DNA of 64,000 nucleotides, from positions 1 to 64,000 of IMG/VR virus record IMGVR_UViG_3300028381_000200; one strand, 5' to 3'. Position numbers and translations under genes: made by a program. Below the pieces are notes generated by a model. The model saw nothing but the letters and a program-made list of their open reading frames with translations, did not search any database and was not told the DNA's origin. Source of the stretch: a virus (taxonomy: Duplodnaviria > Caudoviricetes). Below are positions 28,476-36,775 of this stretch, piece by piece (the stretch's first letter is position 1; the number at the start of each line of letters is the position of its first letter).

Positions 28476-29512
28476 TGATGATCGTCTCGCTCCGCCTTAC
28501 CCTCCGGAGCCGTGAATGCGGTCGCCACACGTGCCCACCGGCCCGCCCGGCCCGCCTTCCATTCGTAGGTCACCTGCACGAACGTGCCTAACGCGCGTGT
28601 CGCGCGTGCGGCTCCCGCCACGTCTTCGCTGTCGGTCAAATACTCGCGCTCGGACCCGCCGATGATGAACCACACCTTCCCGCTCGGGTCGTGGGCCTCG
28701 CGCACCGTCAACACCTTCTCGGGAATCGGCGGCTCCTGCTCTGGCTTCGCCTGGGGCACTGGAGGGGCCTCGGCCTCCGCCAATTCCATCAAGTTGGTGA
28801 ACGTCCGCCCGGCCCGCTGCACGTCTTCGAACCGCGCCGTCACCGGCACGTTGCGCTTGTAGACGTCCTGGGCCTTCTCCACCAGCTTCGTATCGAATGT
28901 CGTGCCCGACCGCCCGTCGCTCAACGTCACCCGCGTCGGCTTCCCTTCCCCGCCCGGCACCACACTGGCGACCTTGGCCACGCCGTCCGGCCGGACCTCT
29001 TGCACTTGCGCCTTGGCCTTCGTGCGCCCGTTGCCTTCGGTCATCTCTTCGGCCGGGGTGCCTTGATACCCGGCCAGCACCACCACCCAGGCCAGCACGT
29101 TCCGTAGCGCCTTCGCCATCGCACGGGTCTGGGCCATGCTCTTTAACTGGAACAACTCACGATCCTTCCACCTGTCTTCATCGTCCAAGCACATTGATTC
29201 GGCGGCTGTGATTTCCTGGCCGTCGCTGCGCAACGCCACGGCCCGCGCTTCGAAGCCCCTGGCCGTGCCGTATTCCACGAACCGCACTTCGCTGACCTTC
29301 GCGGTAATGCCGTAGAACCGCGCCAGGGTCATCCAGTCTTCAAATTCCAAGTAGCGCTCCCCGTTGATAATCACCGGGCGGGGCTTGGCATCGACCACCC
29401 GCTTCAACGCCACCGCCGCACGTTGCGCTTCGGCCAGCACCTCCTCCGGGGGCCGTCGCACCACCAGGTCGGCCGTCACGTCGATCACTGCCAACTCTTC
29501 GGCCATGAACAC
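28472..29512 (-). CDS. ssDNA-annealing/recombination protein
   Basis: SMAQTRA..KA and TPAEEM motifs, C-terminal OB-like segments. Confidence 0.65.
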   Translation of the reverse strand: MFMAEELAVIDVTADLVVRRPPEEVLAEAQRAAVALKRVVDAKPRPVIINGERYLEFEDWMTLARFYGITAKVSEVRFVEYGTARGFEARAVALRSDGQEITAAESMCLDDEDRWKDRELFQLKSMAQTRAMAKALRNVLAWVVVLAGYQGTPAEEMTEGNGRTKAKAQVQEVRPDGVAKVASVVPGGEGKPTRVTLSDGRSGTTFDTKLVEKAQDVYKRNVPVTARFEDVQRAGRTFTNLMELAEAEAPPVPQAKPEQEPPIPEKVLTVREAHDPSGKVWFIIGGSEREYLTDSEDVAGAARATRALGTFVQVTYEWKAGRAGRWARVATAFTAPEGKAERDDHQ

Positions 29513-29533
29513 TCCTCGTTAGAGCACCTAACG

Positions 29534-29755
29534 CTATGCCGCTGCGTTCTCCGACTCCGCCAGCTTCGTCATCGTATCGCGCGTCACGCTGTCGACCGTG
29601 TCACCGGTCAATAAACAATGTTGAATCAAGTCGCTCTTCGATTTCCCCGTTCGCTTCTCGGCCGCGCTCATTGCCAACCACGTTGACCGGTCGACGCAAT
29701 ACGAACTTAGAACTTTTTTGTTGGCATAAGCTGGTCGTCCCTTTTTCCTGGCCAT
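29534..29755 (-). CDS. ribbon-helix-helix regulator
   Basis: GRP...SSYCVD...GKSKSDLIQHCL; operator overlaps its promoter. Confidence 0.65.
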   Translation of the reverse strand: MARKKGRPAYANKKVLSSYCVDRSTWLAMSAAEKRTGKSKSDLIQHCLLTGDTVDSVTRDTMTKLAESENAAA

Positions 29756-29782
29756 TTCTGTCTCTCCCTGCGAGGCATTAGT

Positions 29783-29813
29783 AATTATTAGTTGAAGGCA
29801 CCTCACGTGTCAA
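29783..29813 (-). promoter_or_regulatory. promoter overlapped by ACTAATAATT operator
   Basis: TTGACA-17-TAATAA; motif 29783-29792. Confidence 0.6.
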
Positions 29814-29828
29814 GTCGAGTCATTAATA

Positions 29829-29855
29829 GGGCGGTGACCACAACGATCACCGCCC
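29829..29855 (-). terminator. hairpin 3' of satellite guide
   Basis: GGGCGGTGA/TCACCGCCC. Confidence 0.55.
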
Positions 29856-29920
29856 ACCTCGCTCAGCCTTGCTCAGCCCGTCCCTACTTCGCCACACCTC
29901 GCCTTACCTCGCCTGCTTTG
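29856..29920 (-). ncRNA. satellite GGY-NN guide-like unit
   Basis: CAAAGCAGGC then 11 NN slots; begins about 10 nt after upstream stop. Confidence 0.8.
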
Positions 29921-29927
29921 AATGCGG

Positions 29928-30962
29928 TCATTTCCACCTGCGCTCGACTTCGCGTTCGAGCAACGGCAGAAATTGTTCCGCGTGTGTCGGGGCGATGGTG
30001 TCCCAATTCAGTTTGCGCAACCGCGCGCAGCTTTTCGGGAACGTCGGGCGACCGGCCGCTTTGAATTTCCGGTGCGCCACGTTGGCCAGCGCGATGAGAG
30101 GTAGCACCCGCACTCGGCCTGCGCCCGCTTGCATACCGAACACCGCTGCCACCAGCTCCACGAACGCTTCCGCCCAGGCAATCATGCCCGGCACGGCCAG
30201 GGCCGCGTCGGTGCGCGGCAGCGTCTGCGTGACCATGTCGCCACCCGGCTTCGTGCCCGTGGTGACCACCAGCACACTACGCAGCAACGACGGGCCGTCC
30301 AGTGGCAGCTTGCTGTTGTTCAGCAAGTCGACCATGCCCCGCACGGGGGATTTCTCGCTGGTGGCAATCCGTCGAATGAATTGCCCGGACAGCCCCGGCC
30401 ATCCCTTGAGCACCGCCTTCGGTGTCAACTTGCGCCGACTATTGAGCGCGACGAAGAGGTTCACTTCGGCGTCCAGGCTGTCGACCTTGTGAATGAGTGC
30501 CTTCAGCGGCACCTTCACTTCGTCATGCGCCCAGAAGCGCTGCTGCCCGTCGACAATCCAGCGCGATCCGTCGCGCCGTTCGGCGATATCAATTGGGTCG
30601 GGAATGGACCCGCCCGACTTCAGCACGTGAATGAGGCTGTTGACCTCGTCGCCGATTCGGACACGCTGATAACGTTCGTCCACGTTCAGCGTTTTGAACT
30701 CCGACGGTTGGATAATAGTGACCTCGACCGCGTCGGTCACGCCGGTCACCAGCACGGGTTTGACGAGTCGCCGGGCCAGGTGCGTCGCCTGAATGGCGTC
30801 GCTGTCGGCCAGCTTGCGTTTGCCGAGAAGCGACGCAGCCGTCACCTTCGTCATGTCCTTTTTCTTCTTGGCCAGGGGGACGTCGTGCTGGCGCAAGTCG
30901 TGGCTCGAAGGCGTTGAAGTCATATTCGCCATAGCCACTTCACCGAGGGTTGTCATACTCAT
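29928..30962 (-). CDS. ParB/Srx-like domain protein
   Basis: VDERYQR, IVDGQQR, EVNLFVALN. Confidence 0.75.
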   Translation of the reverse strand: MSMTTLGEVAMANMTSTPSSHDLRQHDVPLAKKKKDMTKVTAASLLGKRKLADSDAIQATHLARRLVKPVLVTGVTDAVEVTIIQPSEFKTLNVDERYQRVRIGDEVNSLIHVLKSGGSIPDPIDIAERRDGSRWIVDGQQRFWAHDEVKVPLKALIHKVDSLDAEVNLFVALNSRRKLTPKAVLKGWPGLSGQFIRRIATSEKSPVRGMVDLLNNSKLPLDGPSLLRSVLVVTTGTKPGGDMVTQTLPRTDAALAVPGMIAWAEAFVELVAAVFGMQAGAGRVRVLPLIALANVAHRKFKAAGRPTFPKSCARLRKLNWDTIAPTHAEQFLPLLEREVERRWK

Positions 30963-31002
30963 TACTCGCTCCTGTTCTTCAGCCTTTGGGTTACTAATAA
31001 TT

Positions 31003-31401
31003 TCATTCTATCACAGTTGACGCTTTCCTCGCCTTCCGTGATCCGGGTTTGGCTTTCTGCTGCTTCACCGTGGTGACGGTTTTTTCATCGCCCCACCACT
31101 TCATAGGGTCGTGCCCCGACGAGTCCAGCAGCAGCATGGCGGTCCAGGCTAGGGCCACCCCGTGCATGCGCGGCCGAATCAACTCGAACGGCGACACGTC
31201 GAGCAACTGCGCCGACGTCTTTATGTGCTTGCGGGCCAGGTAGTCGCCCAACCGTCGGGCCGCAACGAAGTTGACGACGCCGCGTGCAGCCAGGTCGGGT
31301 TTGGTCATCGGGACCCCGTCCAGGACCACCAACGTCGTGGTATACAACTCCTCCATAAACGTTTTGCCGGTGACGCGCTTGCCGTCTTCACGGTCGATCA
31401 T
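31003..31401 (-). CDS. hypothetical protein
   Basis: GGAGCGAG RBS. Confidence 0.65.
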   Translation of the reverse strand: MIDREDGKRVTGKTFMEELYTTTLVVLDGVPMTKPDLAARGVVNFVAARRLGDYLARKHIKTSAQLLDVSPFELIRPRMHGVALAWTAMLLLDSSGHDPMKWWGDEKTVTTVKQQKAKPGSRKARKASTVIE

Positions 31402-31529
31402 TTCTCGCTCCGTTTCTTGGCGGGATAGCGGCGGGCTTTATCCCGCTCGCTATGCCGCAGCCGTTGTTCCCGCTTCAGCCGTGCTTGCTCCAGTCGCCGC
31501 TGCTTCTCTGGTCGCCGGACGGCCATGGC

Positions 31530-32240
31530 TCAAACCGCCCGGTAGTGCCCAGGCGCAGGCCGCATGGCCTTACCTCGCGCCACCAACCGGTTCAACGCGG
31601 CACGCGCATTCGACATCGAATTGGCCCCCCGACGCGGCACGTAACCCTTCTCGTCAAGCGCCGCCTTCACCTGGGAGGCGGTAATCGTGCCGTTCTCGTG
31701 CGGCAGCATAGGCTCGACCATTTCCATGAGGCCGACGTCCGCCGTGCCCCGCGCCTTGGGGAAGGTCATGGCCCGCTGGTCGCCCGCGCCGTTGGGTTTG
31801 GCCAACGCGTAGGCCCCGTCGCGGCCTCCCTTGCCATGCCGCACGGCGCGACCCTGCTTCCGAAGCCGGGCCAACGTGCTGGTCAGTTGGTTCCAGAATT
31901 TCTCCGGCAGCTTCCGCCGCAATTCCCTGGGGGTTTGCGGCACCAAGGTCAGCGCCGAGTAAATGACCTCGGTCACCGGTCCCAGGGGCGACACCTTGCC
32001 GCCACGGGCCTTGTGCCCCGCCCACCGCGCTGCGAGCGCCTTCCGAATGGCCGCTTCCTTGGCGGGGGTCATCTTCCTCCGCCAGGGCTCCGACTTGTGA
32101 TCGGCCACGTCCGGCTCGTCACCGAACAGCCCTTCGAGGGTGGCCAGCTCCACCCGCAGCTCCTTGATTCGTTTCTTGACGCCCAGCCTGGCAGCCGCCA
32201 GGACGAACGCCTGCACCTTTCGTGGAATACCTTTCATCAC
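31530..32240 (-). CDS. basic DNA-binding protein, likely two winged-helix domains
   Basis: KALAARW, LARLRKQG, LNRLVARG...GHY; own promoter. Confidence 0.7.
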   Translation of the reverse strand: MMKGIPRKVQAFVLAAARLGVKKRIKELRVELATLEGLFGDEPDVADHKSEPWRRKMTPAKEAAIRKALAARWAGHKARGGKVSPLGPVTEVIYSALTLVPQTPRELRRKLPEKFWNQLTSTLARLRKQGRAVRHGKGGRDGAYALAKPNGAGDQRAMTFPKARGTADVGLMEMVEPMLPHENGTITASQVKAALDEKGYVPRRGANSMSNARAALNRLVARGKAMRPAPGHYRAV

Positions 32241-32266
32241 TCGCTCCTTTCAACAGGGAAAACCGC

Positions 32267-32294
32267 AGTATACACCGAACTAATAATTATGCAA
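32267..32294 (-). promoter_or_regulatory. promoter with operator
   Basis: TTGCAT-16-TATACT; motif 32279-32288. Confidence 0.6.
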
Positions 32295-32295
32295 T

Positions 32296-32578
32296 GCCTA
32301 ACTTGCTTTGCCTGGCCCCACTCAACCGGGCCTCGCTCAACCAAACGTAGCCACGCCTGCTGTGCCGTGCCTTACCGTGCCGAACCGGACCTGGCCTTGC
32401 CTGTCTCAGCCTGCTTTGCCTCGCCGTCCTTGCTCCGCCTTACCAGGCTAACCAAACCTGGCCGCGCCTCGCCTGCTGTGCCTGACCTCGCCGTGCCGTC
32501 CTTACCCGACCGCACGTAGCCATGCCTGCTTTGCTCTGCCTGGCCAGTCTCGGCCAAGCCTCCCTAGCGCCGCCTGCC
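32296..32578 (-). repeat. GGY-NN array C (5 units)
   Basis: GCCTGC delimiters at 32355, 32409, 32471, 32524, 32572. Confidence 0.9.
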
Positions 32579-33124
32579 TTACATGACGGCTTGGGCGAGC
32601 GCCATCTTGCACGCCGACAAACTTTCGAGCGCAACGTGCAACGCGGCTGACCGGTCGGCCAGGTCCGGATTGGCGTCCATACGCCGCTTCAAGTGCTCGA
32701 TAAACCGCTGAAGCCCGTCCCGCTTGCCCATGGCTTCCGCGATGGCCGACGCCAACTCGTCGGCGTCCAACGTGTCGAGCGTCTTGTAGCTCTCCGCCTT
32801 CGGCACGTGAATAAAGACCGGCCGCGACGTAGTGACCGTCTCGCCTGCTGCCGCGTGGGTCACCTCGATGACTTCCACCGACCGCATCAGGTTCATGGCC
32901 TGGTTCAGCCGGTGCTGGTGCGCCGCGATTGAATCGCGCCACTCGAACGCGCCGTGCAACGGAGATGATGGTGGCGTTGCGGCCGTCACCACCACCGCCG
33001 GAGTCAGCGATCCGACTTCGTTGTGCAGGTCGGCGAGCGCCTCACCGGCCTGTTGTGCCGTCACACCTCGAATGCGTGATCCCTTCCGAAATGTGTAAGC
33101 TGAATGCTTCTGCCGCTTCGCCAT
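32579..33124 (-). CDS. partner protein of the RAMP/array locus
   Basis: LTPAVVV..A...SSPLHGAFEWRD..AA..HRL; AAAGGAGCGAGTG RBS. Confidence 0.8.
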   Translation of the reverse strand: MAKRQKHSAYTFRKGSRIRGVTAQQAGEALADLHNEVGSLTPAVVVTAATPPSSPLHGAFEWRDSIAAHQHRLNQAMNLMRSVEVIEVTHAAAGETVTTSRPVFIHVPKAESYKTLDTLDADELASAIAEAMGKRDGLQRFIEHLKRRMDANPDLADRSAALHVALESLSACKMALAQAVM

Positions 33125-33137
33125 CACTCGCTCCTTT

Positions 33138-33540
33138 CCTTGCTTGCTGTGCTCAGCCTCCCTCGCTCTGCCAAACCGTGCTCCGCCAAGCCTCGCTTGC
33201 CGTGCCGTGCCGAACCGTGCGGACCGAACCACACCTAACCGTGCCGGACCGGGCTAAGCCTGCTGTGCTCTGACTCACCGCGCCTCGCCATACCGCGCCG
33301 CGCCCAGCCGTGCTCAACGACCCTCGCCTGCTCTGCTCTACCCAACCACACCGCACTTCGCAGACCTAACCTAGCCTGCTTTGCTTTGACTGGCCACGCC
33401 GCGCCGTGCCTTGACTGACCTGGCCCGGCTTGCCTTGCTCGGCCAGGCGCGACCAAGCCGCGCCTAGCTCCGCTCGCTACGCCTGCTCGGCCTAGCCCCA
33501 CCGCGCCTCGCAAACCTCGCCTTACCGCGCCTGCTTTGCT
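33138..33540 (-). repeat. GGY-NN array B (about 7 units)
   Basis: GCCTGC delimiters at 33258, 33326, 33374, 33481, 33529 plus GCTTGC variants. Confidence 0.9.
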
Positions 33541-33552
33541 ATGATGGATGAC

Positions 33553-34275
33553 TTACGCCGCTTTCGAGACGACCGTCACCGCTGAACCGACGCTGAACAT
33601 GCCCCACTCTTGGCCAGCTGATTCTTTCGAATCTGGCCGTCCCGCACCGACGCCAACTTGCAATCCGATTCGAGAAAACAAGTTGACGACGTCTTCCTCG
33701 GTGAATTGGTCGGCGTCAAAACGCACTTTGACGTTGGCTCGCCACTCGCGGAACCGTGCCCGTGCTCGCAGGTCGGCCACGCCGGTCGCGTTGCGCACCG
33801 CTGCGATGAAGTTGTCCGGCTCACCTTCGATTCGCACCAGGCTGGTGCCGTCGGTTGAAATGCCGTCGGCCACGATGAACACCGACAGCTTGGCGAACGT
33901 CATTTTGAAGCCGACCAACCGGCACGCCGAAATCGCCGCTTGCCGGAAGGCTGACGCGTTGATGCCATACCAGCCCTCGGTCGCCACCCAGAGACTGTCC
34001 TTGAAACCAGCGTCAAAATCTTTGGCGCTGCGCTGTTTCTTCCCACGCGTGGTGCTGCCCGCCAGCTGCCCCTTCATCATTTCGGCCTGGGACGCCGGAC
34101 CGAATCGGTTGCTGACGTATTGCGTCAACGACTCGATTGGGATGATGATTTCCTTCATGTTGGGCGGGGTGATTTGCACCCGCGTCCCAGTGGTCTTCGC
34201 CGCCGGTTTACTTTCCGGCGTCGGCTCGCCCATGATCGGGTCGGCCTCTTCTGCTGCTGCCTTCGTTTTCATCAC
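33553..34275 (-). CDS. Cas7/RAMP-like RNA-binding protein
   Basis: YGINASAFRQA helix start, RNATGVADLRAR hairpin, C-terminal Gly-rich loop GLQVGVGAGRP..SAG.EWGMF; flanked by arrays. Confidence 0.7.
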   Translation of the reverse strand: MMKTKAAAEEADPIMGEPTPESKPAAKTTGTRVQITPPNMKEIIIPIESLTQYVSNRFGPASQAEMMKGQLAGSTTRGKKQRSAKDFDAGFKDSLWVATEGWYGINASAFRQAAISACRLVGFKMTFAKLSVFIVADGISTDGTSLVRIEGEPDNFIAAVRNATGVADLRARARFREWRANVKVRFDADQFTEEDVVNLFSRIGLQVGVGAGRPDSKESAGQEWGMFSVGSAVTVVSKAA

Positions 34276-34294
34276 TCGCTCCTTTTTGAAATGA

Positions 34295-35321
34295 ACCTTG
34301 CCTAGCTAACCTCGCCTCGCCAAACGTAGCCCTGCCCAGCCTGCTCTACCACGCCGTGCCTTGCCTAGCCGCACCACGCCATGCTTCGCTTTGCCTCGCC
34401 TGCTGTGCCACGCCTTGCCCCGCCGAACGTAGCCAAGCCATCCTTGCTCAGCCAAGCCAAGCCATCCACGCCTGCCGGGCCTTACTCGACCAGGCCGCAC
34501 CTAGCCGTCCTTGCCGTGACCCGCCACGCTCCGCCTTGCCTGCTGCACTTTGCCGCACCAGACCGCGCTTGGCTCATCTCCGCCAGACCCCGCCTGACCG
34601 GCTGTGCTCAGCCCCACCACACCAAGCCAGGCACTGCCCAACCTAACCTTGCCTGCTTCGCTTTGACTTGCCAGACCGCACCGCGCTTTGCCACCCTAAC
34701 TCCGCCTGCTGTGCTCAACCGCGCCGCGCCACACCGGGCCTCACTTAACCTTGCCTGCTCCACCGCGCCCGGCCGTGCCTTACCAGGCCGCGCTTTGCCC
34801 CACCTCGCCATGCCTGCTGTGCTCCGCCATACCAGGCCGGGCCGTGCCTAACTACACCCCGCCTGCTTGGCCTGACCTTGCCTCACCGTGCCGTCCATGC
34901 TCCGCCAAACCACGCCTCACCTCGCCTGCTTTGCCTGGCTCGACCGCGCCATACCCCACCGCGCCAAACCCTCCGCCCGACCTTGCCTGCTTTGCTTTGA
35001 CTTGCCGCCCCAGCCCGGCCGCGCCGCGCCATCCCGCGCCTTGCCTGCTTTGCCACGACGTGCCTAACCCCGACGTGCCACGCCCACCTAACCCCGCCGT
35101 GCTGCGCCCCGCCGTGCCTTGCTGGCTGCGCCTGGCCTTGCCTACCATTCCCTCCGCACCGAACCTTGCCTGCGTTGCTGCGCCGCTCCAGGCCGTGCCT
35201 TACTCCGCCACGCTCCGCCTGCTGTGCCCCACTCTGCCCGGCCTAGCCTTGCTTCGCCTGCTTTGCTTTGCCACACCGCACCTTACCGCACCAGACTTCA
35301 CTTAGCCTTGCTTCGCCTGCT
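34295..35321 (-). repeat. GGY-NN array A (about 1 kb, at least 16 units)
   Basis: 16 GCCTGC delimiters from 34339 to 35315; many spacings 39/49/59 (5n+4). Confidence 0.92.
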
Positions 35322-35324
35322 ACC

Positions 35325-35365
35325 GAAAAAAACGGGGCGGGCTGGTATACCCAGCTGCGCCCCGT
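35325..35365 (-). terminator. intrinsic terminator after DUF932
   Basis: ACGGGGCG...CGCCCCG followed by T7. Confidence 0.75.
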
Positions 35366-35370
35366 CATCC

Positions 35371-36465
35371 TTACGCCGCTTCCGCAATCTTCGACCAGTC
35401 CTTCGGAGCCAGCGCCATCACTTCGCCGCCCGCCCGTTCGAGCGCCGTCGTGATTTCGTAATCGGCTTCGAGCACGTTGGCCGTCGCCGTGATTGCACTC
35501 GACAGCCCCCACTGACTCAGGTCGCCACCCGCCGCCAGCGCCTTGAGAATCCCGTTGCTCGCGCGCTCCGGGAGGCTCAGCACTTCAATCGTGGCTTCGA
35601 CCACCGCAGGCAGGTTGTCGCTTTGAATCACCTGACCCTGCGCTTGGCGAATTTGCGTGATTGCCTTCTTGAAGGTGTCTTCGTTGAAGGCAGCCATCGT
35701 GACGTCCCGAACCTTGAGCCAAAAAGCCGCGTCGTCGGCTCGCCTGGTCTCATCCTTGAAGACCTCGTAACCCTCGTCGGCGCTATTCGCGCGCCCGACG
35801 TGGTATTTCTTCATCGCCGCCTGCGCGACAATCGCCAGGTTCGTGCAGCGCGTGGTGAACACCGAAGGTTCGACCCTCAGCGTGCCCGCGCCGACGTCGC
35901 TGTTCGAAATCACGATTGCAGCGACCAACCGGCTGTCCTTCATGATATGGTGCTCGTGCCCCGCCATCCTCATGTCGACCAACTCTGCATCGCTGAGCCC
36001 CGGCAGAATGCCCTTGATATAGAGTCGGGTTTCGGTCAGCTCGCTGGACATGACTTTCACGCCCGCCTTGAGCAACGTCGGGAGCACCGCGTTGGCCAAG
36101 TCGAAGTTGTCGAGCGCCCGAAACTTCGGGCTGAGAAACGCGCGCACCTTGCCGTCCAAGGTTCTCAGCATGCGTCTTTCATCTTTCGCCGCGTGCAACC
36201 AGGTGTTCAGGTTTTGCGCGAGCAGCTCCGGCTGTTCGGCGCGCATGCGGTCGAAATATTGCTTGGGAATCCCCAAATGTTGAGCGAACTGCCCGTGGGC
36301 GTAGTTCGTCACCGCGAAGGGGGTGTGATTGATCCCGTCGAGCACCACTTCGCCGTCCTTGACCACGGCTTCGATTTTGCCCTGGGGCGCGATGTAGTCC
36401 TGCCGGGAGTTGGCTTGCCGCTCCAGTTCGGCGGCAATGTCCTGAAGGCTGCGTCCTGCTCTCAT
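35371..36465 (-). CDS. DUF932-family phage protein
   Basis: RAFLS..FRALDN, ISNSDVGAG, CTNLAI. Confidence 0.85.
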   Translation of the reverse strand: MRAGRSLQDIAAELERQANSRQDYIAPQGKIEAVVKDGEVVLDGINHTPFAVTNYAHGQFAQHLGIPKQYFDRMRAEQPELLAQNLNTWLHAAKDERRMLRTLDGKVRAFLSPKFRALDNFDLANAVLPTLLKAGVKVMSSELTETRLYIKGILPGLSDAELVDMRMAGHEHHIMKDSRLVAAIVISNSDVGAGTLRVEPSVFTTRCTNLAIVAQAAMKKYHVGRANSADEGYEVFKDETRRADDAAFWLKVRDVTMAAFNEDTFKKAITQIRQAQGQVIQSDNLPAVVEATIEVLSLPERASNGILKALAAGGDLSQWGLSSAITATANVLEADYEITTALERAGGEVMALAPKDWSKIAEAA

Positions 36466-36541
36466 GATTCACTGGTCCTTTTCCCCTCGGTCTCCGGCGG
36501 TATGCCGGTCTCACGAGGCTTTCGAGTCATCCAACGAAGGG

Positions 36542-36571
36542 ATTGTCTCACAAACTAATAATTCGTGTCAA
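36542..36571 (-). promoter_or_regulatory. promoter with operator
   Basis: TTGACA-18-GACAAT; motif 36554-36563. Confidence 0.65.
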
Positions 36572-36574
36572 CCC

Positions 36575-36775
36575 CTATTTTTCGAGCAGGTCCAACAGGG
36601 TCCTGGGCTCATCTTTGTCGGTCCAGGCCGCAGGCAGGCCCGCCGCCTTGCGGACCCGGCGGATCATTTCGAGCCAGAGGTGGTTGTCGGCCCCGGCCTC
36701 GGCCAGGTCGGTGAGCAGCTGGGGCAACCGCTCGTCGCCCACCGCCTCGCGCAGCACCTCGGCCACCGCTTTCAT
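36575..36775 (-). CDS. hypothetical protein
   Basis: ATGA coupling, GGAGG RBS. Confidence 0.6.
   Translation of the reverse strand: MKAVAEVLREAVGDERLPQLLTDLAEAGADNHLWLEMIRRVRKAAGLPAAWTDKDEPRTLLDLLEK

Noticed and set aside
33142-33332. Matches of array B units to YVSAT (MTase), PTYVST (52134-52730) or WTWYATE (DUF2958)
   Set aside because: Short, with several equally good candidates; could be chance
34339-34930. Weak matches of other array A units (e.g. DGKALKT vs DGQMLKT)
   Set aside because: Too few exact slots to claim without a computed null
34295-35321. Canonical CRISPR array or simple microsatellite
   Set aside because: No long identical repeats with spacers and no cas1/cas2; variation is confined to NN slots and carries decodable information
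32372-35512. Many R/G/A- or P/C/L-rich ORFs over the arrays
   Set aside because: Shadow translations of 5-nt periodic repeats, present in several frames without RBS
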